This document shows positions 28,906-38,012 of a stretch of DNA of 64,000 bases, in pieces; positions within the stretch are counted from its first letter, which is position 1; every line of letters begins with the position of its first letter. Under the pieces are notes generated by a model that was not told the DNA's origin, did no database searches, and saw only the letters and a program-made list of their open reading frames with translations. The translations under genes were made by a program, and so were the position numbers. Origin of the DNA: Cryomorpha ignava (lineage in GTDB: Bacteria > Bacteroidota > Bacteroidia > Flavobacteriales_F > PHOS-HE28). Where the stretch lies: the NCBI GenBank assembly GCA_040391235.1, contig JBEBYG010000019.1:4491-68490 (forward strand), read 5' to 3'.

Positions 28906-29496
28906 TCAGCCCGCGTAAAGCCCGTTCTGGCGGATATAGGCAAGTACCTTGGGATCCAGCAGGCCATCCACAGGCTTCCATCCTCTTAAACGCACCCGTA
29001 TGCCGGTGGAAGAAACCGGTGTTTGCGGCGCATCCGGAAACAAGGTAACGGAAGGATGGTAAAGCAGGTCTGCTTGTGCCAAGTGCTCTTCCAAACCCGG
29101 TCTTGGGTAAACCAATACCGGCGTCTTTTCCAGCATCTGTGAGGCATCCTTCCAGTGATGCAGGCTGGCCAAATTGTCGCTCCCGATGATCAAGGAGAAC
29201 TCGTGTTGGGGCCATCGCTCCCGCATGAACGCCAAGGTGTCAACCGTGTAATTGGGTTGCGGCATGTCCAGTTCCAAGCCGCTGGCACTGATACCGTCCT
29301 GCCCTTGCACGGCCAAGTGGGTCATCGCTAAGCGGTGCTTCTCAGGGCTGAGCTTGCGGTCCTGCTTGAACGGATTTTGCGGAGTGACCACCAGCCAGAC
29401 CTGGTCCAGGCCACAGTGCTCCTTCATGTATTTCGCCAACAGCACATGCCCCAAGTGGGGCGGATCGAAGGAACCGAAGAGACAACCGATCTTCAT
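28906..29496 (-). CDS. nadD: Nicotinate-nucleotide adenylyltransferase
   Basis: GSFDPPHLGH, PQNPFK, IIGSDN and SSTGIR motifs. Confidence 0.95.
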   Translation of the reverse strand: MKIGCLFGSFDPPHLGHVLLAKYMKEHCGLDQVWLVVTPQNPFKQDRKLSPEKHRLAMTHLAVQGQDGISASGLELDMPQPNYTVDTLAFMRERWPQHEFSLIIGSDNLASLHHWKDASQMLEKTPVLVYPRPGLEEHLAQADLLYHPSVTLFPDAPQTPVSSTGIRVRLRGWKPVDGLLDPKVLAYIRQNGLYAG

Positions 29497-30071
29497 GATT
29501 TCAGGAAACCGTGCACTGCCCTGTAAGCCTCTTCACAGGCTTGGTGCATATCGTCATTGATCACCACTTGGTCGTAGTGAATGGTGAAAGTGAGTTCAAG
29601 CGATGCCTTGTCCACGCGCTCACGGAGCGTCTCCGGGGTTTCCGTGCCACGCAGAAGCAGCCGTTGTTCCAAAGCCTCAATGGTGGGCGGCGAAACGAAC
29701 AAGCTCAGTGCTTTGCTCCCGAAGATCTCCTTCAACCGAACGCCCCCTACTACGTCCACATCGAATATGGGATGGTGTCCGGCCTGCCAAATGCGCTCGA
29801 TCTCGCTTCGGAGCGTGCCATAGAACCGGCCGGGATATACCTCCTCCCATTCCACAAAGGCATCTTCAGCGATACGTTGACGGAACTCCTCAGCGGAGAG
29901 AAAGAAGTAATCGTGACCATCCCGCTCATGCTCCCGTTTGGGGCGGCTGGTGGCGCTGATGGAGAAGTCCAAACCAAGGTGACGACCCAGTAAATGATGC
30001 ACAATGGTGGTCTTGCCCGCACCCGAGGGGGCGGAAACGATAATGCACTTGCCGCTATCCATCGCTGCCAT
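29493..30071 (-). CDS. gmk: Guanylate kinase
   Basis: SAPSGAGKTT, SATSRPKR and EWEEVY..YGT motifs. Confidence 0.97.
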   Translation of the reverse strand: MAAMDSGKCIIVSAPSGAGKTTIVHHLLGRHLGLDFSISATSRPKREHERDGHDYFFLSAEEFRQRIAEDAFVEWEEVYPGRFYGTLRSEIERIWQAGHHPIFDVDVVGGVRLKEIFGSKALSLFVSPPTIEALEQRLLLRGTETPETLRERVDKASLELTFTIHYDQVVINDDMHQACEEAYRAVHGFLKS

Positions 30072-30073
30072 GA

Positions 30074-30943
30074 TCAGAGCACGTTGAGCATTTGCTCCTT
30101 GATCTTCTCCAGTTCGTCCTTCATCAGCACCACGCGCTGCTGCATGTCGGCATCGTTGCTCTTGGAGCCGAGCGTATTGATCTCACGTCCCATTTCCTGG
30201 GTAATGAATCCCAGCTTCCTGCCTTGGCTCTCCTCCTCTTCCATCGTGGTGATAAAATAACCACAGTGCGTGGCAAGGCGTAGCTTCTCTTCGGTCACGT
30301 CCAGCTTCTCCAGGTAGAACACCAGCTCTTGCTCAAAGCGGTCCTGATCCACCTTTGCCTTCAATTCCTCCAGCCTGCCCAAGATGCGCTCTCGGGTCCG
30401 CCCGATGCGGTCGCCGTCCATGGCATCCACCTCGGCCAACAGGCGGGTGATGTTGTTGGTGCGCTCCTTTAATTCCGTGAACAGCTTAGCACCCTCGGTG
30501 GTCCGGAATTCTTCGTATGCCGTCCAAGCCTGTTCAACCAAGGTGAAGACCTGTTCCCAATCGGCCGGATCGAATTCCTCCTTGGCGGTGGACATCACAT
30601 CCGGCATGCGGAGCACGATGGCAAGCAGATCCGTGGTGGATTCGGGTGCCACGTTCCTATTCACAGTGCGCAATTCGTCGTAGTAAGCCTGGATAAGTTC
30701 CGTATTGAAGACCGTGCGCTTTGCCGCTTGAACGCCTTCCACCCCGATGTACAGGTCCGCCTTTCCACGCACGATACGCTCTCCGGCCCATTGGCGCAGC
30801 TCAGCCTCCTTTTCCCGCCAGGGTGAAGGCACTTTTACTTGCAGGTCCAGCTGCTTGCTGTTGAGCGATCGTAGCTCAACGGTCACTTTCTTCACACCAA
30901 CCAAGCCTTCGGCTCGGCCAAAGCCGGTCATGGAACGTAACAT
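30074..30943 (-). CDS. yicC: YicC/YloC family endoribonuclease
   Basis: MLRSMTGFG N-terminus; GRKLGFITQEMGREINTLGSK. Confidence 0.93.
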   Translation of the reverse strand: MLRSMTGFGRAEGLVGVKKVTVELRSLNSKQLDLQVKVPSPWREKEAELRQWAGERIVRGKADLYIGVEGVQAAKRTVFNTELIQAYYDELRTVNRNVAPESTTDLLAIVLRMPDVMSTAKEEFDPADWEQVFTLVEQAWTAYEEFRTTEGAKLFTELKERTNNITRLLAEVDAMDGDRIGRTRERILGRLEELKAKVDQDRFEQELVFYLEKLDVTEEKLRLATHCGYFITTMEEEESQGRKLGFITQEMGREINTLGSKSNDADMQQRVVLMKDELEKIKEQMLNVL

Positions 30944-31031
30944 GGGTGGCAAATGTAGTAGGGTTCTCGTCCCTCTTCGCACGTAGGGCCCTCTTCTTCC
31001 GGAGATGTATCGGGTACCCTGCGATGACTGC

Positions 31032-31925
31032 TCAAGCGATCGCCCGCCCATCTTTCCGTCCTACCAGCCATACCCCCACGAAGATGCACACGGCAGCCAA
31101 AGCTTGCGGCCAACCCAGGCCCAACTCTCCAGGGAGCATGAAGTAAGCGGCCAATAACGCCAGCATGGGTTGCAGATAGATGAAGGTGCCCGCCACGCTT
31201 GGCTGCACCACCCGAAGCGCCCATGTGTTCAGCAGATAGGCGACAAAGGTGACCATCACCACCACGAAGGTCAGGCTCCAAGCATCCGTTGCCGCCAGGC
31301 CTTGCCAATCCACTTGCATGAATTCATGAAGGCCGAAGGGGATCACGATGATGCTGCCCACGAGGAAACACCAGGACATCACGGTGACAGCAGAGTACTT
31401 CGACATCAACGGCTTCACCATCACCAGGAAGATGGCATACGAGCTGGCATTGATAAAAATGTAGAAGTCGCCCAGCACGGAGGATCCCCCGCTTTCACCG
31501 CTACCGACGAAAATGAGCATCAAGGCCCCGATAGCGCCTAGTGAAACCCCCAACATTTTGCCCCGCGTGATCCGTTCACCGATGAGCACGCCACTGAGCA
31601 CCAGCACCAAGATGGGGGTGGCGACCATGATGATGCTTGCATGTACCGGCGAGGTGCGCATAAGCCCGTGGAAGAACATCAATTGATTGACCGCCACACC
31701 GGAAATGCCGCAGAGCACGAGGCGCTTGGCATCGGACCAGGCCACTCGCTCACGCTTGATCAGCCAAACGGGCCAGAAGAGCAGGTTCGCACCAGCCACT
31801 CGCAACAAAATGAAACCGGAAGGGCCGATCACTTCCGGCATCAGTCCTTTGGCCACCACGTAGTTGATGCCGTAGAGAAGATTGACGAAGAACAGGGCGG
31901 CAAGCGCACGGAAGCGACGATCCAT
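31032..31925 (-). CDS. DMT/EamA family transporter
   Basis: About 10 TM segments in two EamA halves; start approximate. Confidence 0.9.
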   Translation of the reverse strand: MDRRFRALAALFFVNLLYGINYVVAKGLMPEVIGPSGFILLRVAGANLLFWPVWLIKRERVAWSDAKRLVLCGISGVAVNQLMFFHGLMRTSPVHASIIMVATPILVLVLSGVLIGERITRGKMLGVSLGAIGALMLIFVGSGESGGSSVLGDFYIFINASSYAIFLVMVKPLMSKYSAVTVMSWCFLVGSIIVIPFGLHEFMQVDWQGLAATDAWSLTFVVVMVTFVAYLLNTWALRVVQPSVAGTFIYLQPMLALLAAYFMLPGELGLGWPQALAAVCIFVGVWLVGRKDGRAIA

Positions 31926-32223
31926 GTAGGGTTGTAATGCGCGGAACAAGGATGAATGCCTCGGCACGGGGGCAAAGGTGGTGCAAGATGACCTGGCCTT
32001 TGGTGACCGACCTGAGTAAAGCGAGGCGCATGTTATGAGCGCCTTTCTGGTTCGCTGCCAGCTAACACTTCCATCGATCTCTCGGTTCGGTCTTGGCTCC
32101 AGGGTGATAACGCCGTACCGGAAAGTCCCGCCAACGCTGAGCCAACGGGGAATTCCACATCGAGATGTGCGTATTCGATGGCGATCCACCAACTTTGTAC
32201 CCACATTCAGCCATCCGCCCACG

Positions 32224-32607
32224 ATGAGGAATCCAGAACCTGTACAGGAATCCGTACTTCGCGACCAGCTTCCTGGAACTGGTCCGGCATTGCGATCCTT
32301 CGGTCACGTGGAGGTGGTTCGGATCAAGCGGCGGTCCCGGAAACATCCGGAGCTGCTCTTGTTCAAAGGGGCACCCGCTTCCAAGCATAGCATTGCCAAG
32401 AGCGTATTGGTCAGTATCCCGGATGCGAACGGCGAACTCCCCGCTCCGTGGATCGATAAGGAGAAGGGGCGTATCCACCTCTTCTACCCCAATATGGAGC
32501 ATCCGGACCTGGTGGACCTGATGAAGGACCCCGGCGAATACCTCTGCTACCTCTGGACCAGCTCGGACGGTGCGAAGAGCCACGCGTGGCTGTTGAAGAC
32601 CCGCTAA
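32224..32607 (+). CDS. Hypothetical protein
   Basis: Fills the gap with host-like codon usage in its 3' half; no family recognised. Confidence 0.55.
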   Translation: MRNPEPVQESVLRDQLPGTGPALRSFGHVEVVRIKRRSRKHPELLLFKGAPASKHSIAKSVLVSIPDANGELPAPWIDKEKGRIHLFYPNMEHPDLVDLMKDPGEYLCYLWTSSDGAKSHAWLLKTR

Positions 32608-32619
32608 GCGTCCAGTCCG

Positions 32620-33084
32620 TTACTCCCAGAACACATCTTCGGGTCGATCCTCCTTGGACCGCTGCGGCAAGCTGCTGTGCGCTCGCTCTATTTCTGCGAG
32701 CTGTTCCGGCGTGGCCACCTCTTGTATGTGATTGAACAACTGCCGCTCCTCAAAGCGGATATGGGCCTCCAGTTCCTCCTCGATCAGGGAGAGGGCGACC
32801 ACCACATCGCTTCGGCCATTGATCAATCGCTGCAAGCGACGGTGCTCAGCCATGGCGCGTCGCACAGCGGGATGGTCGGTGCCCAGGATCGGGAACAGCA
32901 CGTCCTCTTCAATGGAAAAATGTGGCTTGAGATGCTCCTTCAGGAACTTCCGACAATAACGCCGGATGCGGGTGGGCGCCACGCCTTTCGCGGTGCCCAC
33001 CCTGATCTTCCAGCTTAACAGGAGCCCATCGTGGTGCTCCCGGCTGATCCCTTGTAGTTGGGGGGATCGGTTAATTGGCGGCAT
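32620..33084 (-). CDS. Hemerythrin-like HHE domain protein
   Basis: SREHHDGLL, HFSIEE..LFP, EH and HIRFEERQLF motifs. Confidence 0.88.
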   Translation of the reverse strand: MPPINRSPQLQGISREHHDGLLLSWKIRVGTAKGVAPTRIRRYCRKFLKEHLKPHFSIEEDVLFPILGTDHPAVRRAMAEHRRLQRLINGRSDVVVALSLIEEELEAHIRFEERQLFNHIQEVATPEQLAEIERAHSSLPQRSKEDRPEDVFWE

Positions 33085-33805
33085 GCGCCAAGCTCTTCTC
33101 CAGTTCGATCGCACGTGGGAACATGATGTTGTTCTCCAAGTGAATGTGTAGGTGAAGGTCCTCCTCGAACTCTTTCAGCATGTTGAATGCCGCAGCGTAG
33201 GTAGCACAACCATCGGCCGGTGGGGTGAAACCGTTGCTCACAGCCCCCATGCGGTCGAAACGTTCGCCCTCGGCTGTGTGCTCATGCATCATCATGGCTA
33301 CCGGATTTTCCACCGTTCCAAAATGCGGGGTCTTGAACGGTTCACCGCTGCGCTCGCTCTTGGCCAAGTTGCGCACGAACGGGAACAGCACCAGCTCCTC
33401 CTTCTTCATGTGCATGGCCATGGCGCCTACACACGCATTGAACTCGTCATTGATGGTGAACAGTTCCGGATGACGTTCGCCATGCACTTTGCAGAGCTTG
33501 TTCAGGTATTGCTGGATGATCGGTCCACGTTCCTCCACGTAGCGGTGGTGTACGGTTTCCACATGATCCGCTAGTTTGTCCAAGGCCCATGTACGGGCAT
33601 CGTCACCGCCCTTGGCATCGCGGGCCAAGAGTGTGGTGATGTCGGCGGCCAATTTGCTCGGGTCGATGTTCTTCTTCTCGCAGACCTCCTGCACGGAGCG
33701 GCCTCCCTTGCAGCAGAAATCGATGCCGTACTTGGTAAGCACAGCTGCCGCGCGGTAGTCCTCGGCGACAATGGACCCCACGGTCCGTTCGGGTGTGATC
33801 TTCAT
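33071..33805 (-). CDS. ric: Iron-sulfur cluster repair di-iron protein
   Basis: GIDFCCKG, HHRY, HMKKEELVLFP, EH and HIHLENNIMFP motifs. Confidence 0.96.
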   Translation of the reverse strand: MKITPERTVGSIVAEDYRAAAVLTKYGIDFCCKGGRSVQEVCEKKNIDPSKLAADITTLLARDAKGGDDARTWALDKLADHVETVHHRYVEERGPIIQQYLNKLCKVHGERHPELFTINDEFNACVGAMAMHMKKEELVLFPFVRNLAKSERSGEPFKTPHFGTVENPVAMMMHEHTAEGERFDRMGAVSNGFTPPADGCATYAAAFNMLKEFEEDLHLHIHLENNIMFPRAIELEKSLAHAAN

Positions 33806-34281
33806 GATGAAGTGTTTTGGTTGTTGATCGCCGGATCTTCGGCGGGGGTTGGTAAGCGTTTGAACTGTGCCATGCCTAACACGGCGAGCGCAGAAACCTT
33901 CACGGCTTCCACGATGATGTTGGTGGTACCCAAGCGGGAATCCGTAGTCCCTTGCCCATGGAATATCAGCAGTGCCTGCTCGTCCATGGCGGGTTGCAGC
34001 CAGAAAGTTTGAAAGGCAAGAAGCAGCAGCGGCACAGCCATTAATGCGAACATGGGAATGGATGACCTTCCGAGGAAAATGTCAACCAGGACGGCGATCG
34101 CTAACACCCATTCCACGCGGATCAGCGCGGGCAGCAGCTTCATATCGATGCTGGCCCCCACGGGCAGGGTAACGCCGAATGCGCGGTACTTCAACCAAGA
34201 GGTAATGAATGCGATGCCAACCACCAAACCCAGCCATGTGAACACCGCGACCAATGCGACCGGATGTTTCACACCTAGCAT
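33802..34281 (-). CDS. Four-TM membrane protein in the ric/trHb operon
   Basis: Hydrophobic helices; overlapping start/stop junctions with both neighbours. Confidence 0.8.
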   Translation of the reverse strand: MLGVKHPVALVAVFTWLGLVVGIAFITSWLKYRAFGVTLPVGASIDMKLLPALIRVEWVLAIAVLVDIFLGRSSIPMFALMAVPLLLLAFQTFWLQPAMDEQALLIFHGQGTTDSRLGTTNIIVEAVKVSALAVLGMAQFKRLPTPAEDPAINNQNTSS

Positions 34282-34712
34282 CAGCGGATCGGTGTGGTGC
34301 CTGCACGGGCGTGCTCGGCCATTTTGAACTGGAACATTTGCGCCATCATTATTGAGCGCTGTTTGGCCTCATCGGCTTTTGGCCCGATGAAGAGTTCGTC
34401 CAGCGTGGCATGGAAGAGCTCCAGCCAGCGATTGAAATGGTCCTTGTCGATCGGTAGGCCGGAATGCGGAATGAACGGGCTGCCGTAGTAGGTATGCTCA
34501 CCCAAGAGGATGGTCTGCCAGAAGTTATAGAGCTTGGCCAAGTGCTCCGGCCATCGGTCCTGGATCGTATCGTTGAAAACGGGCCCCACCAACGCATCCA
34601 AGCGGGCTCGGCCGTAAAATGTATCCACCAACAAACGCACGTCCTCAATTGTACGGATGTCGCCTTTTTCACGCGGCGGTTGCGCCTGACCTTCTTCCTT
34701 CATATCACTCAT
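34281..34712 (-). CDS. Group III truncated hemoglobin
   Basis: LVDTFY, GPVF, WPEHLAKLYNFW and HFNRWLELF motifs. Confidence 0.93.
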   Translation of the reverse strand: MSDMKEEGQAQPPREKGDIRTIEDVRLLVDTFYGRARLDALVGPVFNDTIQDRWPEHLAKLYNFWQTILLGEHTYYGSPFIPHSGLPIDKDHFNRWLELFHATLDELFIGPKADEAKQRSIMMAQMFQFKMAEHARAGTTPIR

Positions 34713-34771
34713 TGCCTTCTACAGATCCCCATTCAGGGACCGCAAGTTACCAGCCGTGAAAAAGCGGGGTG

Positions 34772-34785
34772 CTGACGATCGTCAG
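34772..34785. promoter_or_regulatory. Perfect 14-bp palindrome CTGACGATCGTCAG, candidate Crp/Fnr-family site
   Basis: TGAC-N4-GTCA palindrome upstream of a TAACTTGC -7-like element (34742-34749) of the trHb-ric operon. Confidence 0.5.
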
Positions 34786-35657
34786 GTCTCCTTGGAGGGC
34801 CGGATGCTCCCTTCCGTGTAGATATTGAAACGCTCCCCGCGCAAAAAGCCGATCAACGTGAGGTTACCTTCCTTAGCGAGTTGTACGGCCAAGGAGGAAG
34901 GCGCACCCACAGCCGCCATCAGTGGGATGCCTGCCACGGTGCACTTCTGCACGAGTTCGAAACCGGCGCGGCCGCTTACTAGCAGTTGGCAGTTGTTAGT
35001 TATCAGTTGTCCGGGTCCGCTCCCCGGATCCGAGCGCTTTGCCATTAACAACGCCCCGATCACCTTGTCCACTGCGTTGTGGCGTCCTACGTCCTCGCGC
35101 AGTATCAGCAGCTTTCCTTCGCGATCGAAAAGCGCGGCTGCGTGAATACCGCCAGTGTGCTTGAACACCGTTTGTGCCTCGCGCATACGATCGGGTAGTG
35201 CGGTGATCACCTTCGGATCGACGGGGCCGAATGGCGTGATCGGCGTTGTGCATTGCGTGCGCACCGCTTCGATGCTGGTCTTCCCGCAGACACCGCAACT
35301 GCTGCTGGTGTAGAAGTTGCGCTGCCATTTAGCCGGATCAAGGTCCACGTTCGGATGCAGTTCCACGCGGATCACGTTGCCCCGCTCCTCCTGTTTCACG
35401 TTCTCGCAGGGCACCACACGCAACACTTCGGACATGCCGGTGATGATGCCTTCGGTGAATAGGAATCCGAGTGCTAATTCCTCGTCGTTCCCCGGCGTGC
35501 GCATCGTAACACTGAGGCGCACTTCCTTGCGATCCTCTTGCGGCCCGTGACCAAGGCGGATCTCCAGCGGCTCTTCGGTAACGAGGATATCGTCGGTCAC
35601 TGTAGCAGAACCATGTTCGACGCGTGTAATCTGTATGGGTGATACCGGTGTGCGCAT
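34782..35657 (-). CDS. fdhD: Formate dehydrogenase accessory sulfurtransferase
   Basis: EEPLEIR, TMRTPG, SSCGVCGK, TGGIHAA, EDVGRHNAVDK and VGAPSSLAV motifs. Confidence 0.96.
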   Translation of the reverse strand: MRTPVSPIQITRVEHGSATVTDDILVTEEPLEIRLGHGPQEDRKEVRLSVTMRTPGNDEELALGFLFTEGIITGMSEVLRVVPCENVKQEERGNVIRVELHPNVDLDPAKWQRNFYTSSSCGVCGKTSIEAVRTQCTTPITPFGPVDPKVITALPDRMREAQTVFKHTGGIHAAALFDREGKLLILREDVGRHNAVDKVIGALLMAKRSDPGSGPGQLITNNCQLLVSGRAGFELVQKCTVAGIPLMAAVGAPSSLAVQLAKEGNLTLIGFLRGERFNIYTEGSIRPSKET

Positions 35658-35662
35658 GTTCC

Positions 35663-36235
35663 TCAGTTCTTCTTCCGCCAGCAAGTCACCATGTGGTCAT
35701 CCACCATGCCACAGGCTTGCATAAAGGCATACACGATGGTAGTGCCCACGAACTTGAAGCCGTGCTTCTTCAGGTCCTTGCTCATCGCATCGCTTTCGGG
35801 TGTGGAGGCTTGCACATCACTCATTTGTTTCACCCGGTTCACCTTGGTCTTGCCCCCCACGTGCTTCCACAAGAATCGATCAAAGGAACCGGGGCCATCT
35901 TCCATGATCTTCAAGTAGGCCTGTGCGTTACCGATGGAAGCCATGATCTTGGAGCGATTGCGGATGATGCCCGCGTCGTTCATCAGCCTTTCGATGTCCT
36001 TTTCACCATAGCGCGCGATCTTCTTCGCATCCCAATCATGGTAGGCCTTCGCGTAGCTCTCCGTGCGGATCAAGATGGTATACCAGCTCAATCCGGCTTG
36101 CGCGCCATCGAGGATCAACTTCGCGAAGAGCTTGCGGTCGTCGTGCTCGGGAACGCCCCAAACCTCATCGTGATAACGCATGTAGATCTCGTCCTTCAGG
36201 CACCACGGGCAACGCACCTTTTCATCGGCCTTCAT
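35663..36235 (-). CDS. tag: DNA-3-methyladenine glycosylase I
   Basis: RCPW..YHDEVWG, QAGLSW, IIRNRSKI, GFKFVG and DHMVTC motifs. Confidence 0.95.
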   Translation of the reverse strand: MKADEKVRCPWCLKDEIYMRYHDEVWGVPEHDDRKLFAKLILDGAQAGLSWYTILIRTESYAKAYHDWDAKKIARYGEKDIERLMNDAGIIRNRSKIMASIGNAQAYLKIMEDGPGSFDRFLWKHVGGKTKVNRVKQMSDVQASTPESDAMSKDLKKHGFKFVGTTIVYAFMQACGMVDDHMVTCWRKKN

Positions 36236-36270
36236 GGCGACGAAGTTCGCGAATGGTAGCCACTCCCCTC

Positions 36271-36810
36271 TTACTGACCTCTTGGCTTCTGATCCACCCA
36301 GACCAGTTTGTCCGTATCGCAGCCCAATGCCTTTGCCATGGCCACATATCGTTCGCGCACATCGGCAGGCATGGTGGTTTCGCGGGAAAGCAACCAGAGG
36401 TATTCCGTGCTCTTTCCCACCACCAAGGCATAGCGGTAGTCGGGATCCAGTGCGATCACGTTGTAGCCTGAATAGATGGGGCCGAAGAACGAGACCTTCA
36501 GTTGACCTTCATCCGCATCGCCCACGAACTTGGCCTTGCCTTCCACCTGCTGCCACTTTTCCTTCTTTGTGTTATAGCCACGGTTCAGCACAGAGATCAA
36601 CCCATCGGGGCGGGTGCCGTATTCGGCTGTCACATTCACAAGGTTCTTCTCGAAGCGATAGTCGAAGCGGGCGATCTCGTACCATTTCCCGGAAAATTGC
36701 TTCACGTCAAAAGGCTTCACAGCCTTCGCATTGTCCGGAATACTGACGCAGCCGAACAGACCGACGGCGATCGCGAGTAAGGACGTACTCAAGAGGACGG
36801 ATCGATTCAT
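36271..36810 (-). CDS. blc: Lipocalin family lipoprotein (Blc-like)
   Basis: Lipobox LFGC; GKWYEIAR, LKVSFFGP and YLWLLSR motifs. Confidence 0.92.
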   Translation of the reverse strand: MNRSVLLSTSLLAIAVGLFGCVSIPDNAKAVKPFDVKQFSGKWYEIARFDYRFEKNLVNVTAEYGTRPDGLISVLNRGYNTKKEKWQQVEGKAKFVGDADEGQLKVSFFGPIYSGYNVIALDPDYRYALVVGKSTEYLWLLSRETTMPADVRERYVAMAKALGCDTDKLVWVDQKPRGQ

Positions 36811-36899
36811 GTGATCGGAGGATTACTCCACCATCAACGCTCCTCTCCAAAGGACTGTTCATGCCGACGGAATTTCACCTCGGTACCTTTGTATCCGAA

Positions 36900-37892
36900 A
36901 TGGCCTTGCTCACCGACCTTCATTCCCGCACACATCGCAGCCTCCGCATCAGCATCGTGGACAAGTGCGACCTGCGCTGTACCTACTGCATGCCCGAGGA
37001 TCAGCTGTTCCTGAAGCGCAATGAGTTGATGACGCGGGAAGAGATACGCACACTGGCTGCACTCTTCGTGGAGAAGTATGGGATCAGCAAGATCCGGCTG
37101 ACCGGTGGTGAGCCGTTGATGCGACCGGATGTGGTGGACATCGTCCGCGACATGGCGCTGCTACCCGTGAAGCTGGGGCTCACCACCAACGCGATGCGGC
37201 TTCATCTCTTTCTCGACCAGCTGATCGACGCGGGGTTGAAGAGCATCAACATCAGCTTGGACACCTTCGATGCGGAGCGTTTCCGCACCCTCTCACGACG
37301 CGATGGGCACGACCGCGTGCTGGCAAACATCGAACAGGCGATCAACAGCGGCCTGCATGTGAAGCTGAACATGGTGGTGATGCGCGGCGTGAACGATGAT
37401 GAGCTATTGCGCTTCGTAGAGCTTACCCGCGACCGACCAGCGCATGTGCGCTTCATCGAGTTCATGCCCTTCGCCGGCAACAAGTGGGGCCGCGAGCGCG
37501 TGTACACCTATGGCGAGATGCTCGGCCGCATCGGCAGCACGCACACGATCGAGAAGCTGGACGATGACCTGCACAGCACTGCAAAAGCCTACCGCGTAAA
37601 AGGCTGGCAAGGCACCTTCGCGGTGATCAGCACAGTGACCGAACCATTCTGCGGGAACTGCGATCGCTTGCGGCTAACAGCGGAAGGCAAGATGCGCAAC
37701 TGCCTCTTCGCCCGTGAGGAAACGGACCTGCTTGCAGCATTGCGCAGCGGTGCGGATATTTCCTCATTGATCGAAGCGAACGTGCTGGCGAAGCACAAGA
37801 TGCTTGGGGGATTACCGCGCTTCAACCCGGACAAGCAAGAGGAAGTGCTGCACGACCTGAGCAGTAGGCCGATGGTGAGTATTGGAGGGTGA
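36900..37892 (+). CDS. moaA: GTP 3',8-cyclase
   Basis: CDLRCTYCMP, TGGEP, RFIEFMP and FCGNCDRLRLT motifs; C-terminal IGG. Confidence 0.97.
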   Translation: MALLTDLHSRTHRSLRISIVDKCDLRCTYCMPEDQLFLKRNELMTREEIRTLAALFVEKYGISKIRLTGGEPLMRPDVVDIVRDMALLPVKLGLTTNAMRLHLFLDQLIDAGLKSINISLDTFDAERFRTLSRRDGHDRVLANIEQAINSGLHVKLNMVVMRGVNDDELLRFVELTRDRPAHVRFIEFMPFAGNKWGRERVYTYGEMLGRIGSTHTIEKLDDDLHSTAKAYRVKGWQGTFAVISTVTEPFCGNCDRLRLTAEGKMRNCLFAREETDLLAALRSGADISSLIEANVLAKHKMLGGLPRFNPDKQEEVLHDLSSRPMVSIGG

Positions 37893-37925
37893 GCTAACTT
37901 CCTCAGCGATCTCCCGAAGGGGTCC

Positions 37926-37945
37926 GCCCCGATATGCATCGGGGC
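37926..37945. repeat. Palindromic REP-like element GCCCCGATATGCATCGGGGC (copy 2)
   Basis: Perfect 20-bp palindrome between convergent genes. Confidence 0.6.
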
Positions 37946-38012
37946 ATATCGGACCTGAGGACACGAATTACACAGAGACACTCAACGTCCACTAGGTGGG
38001 ACGTTAATGGGA

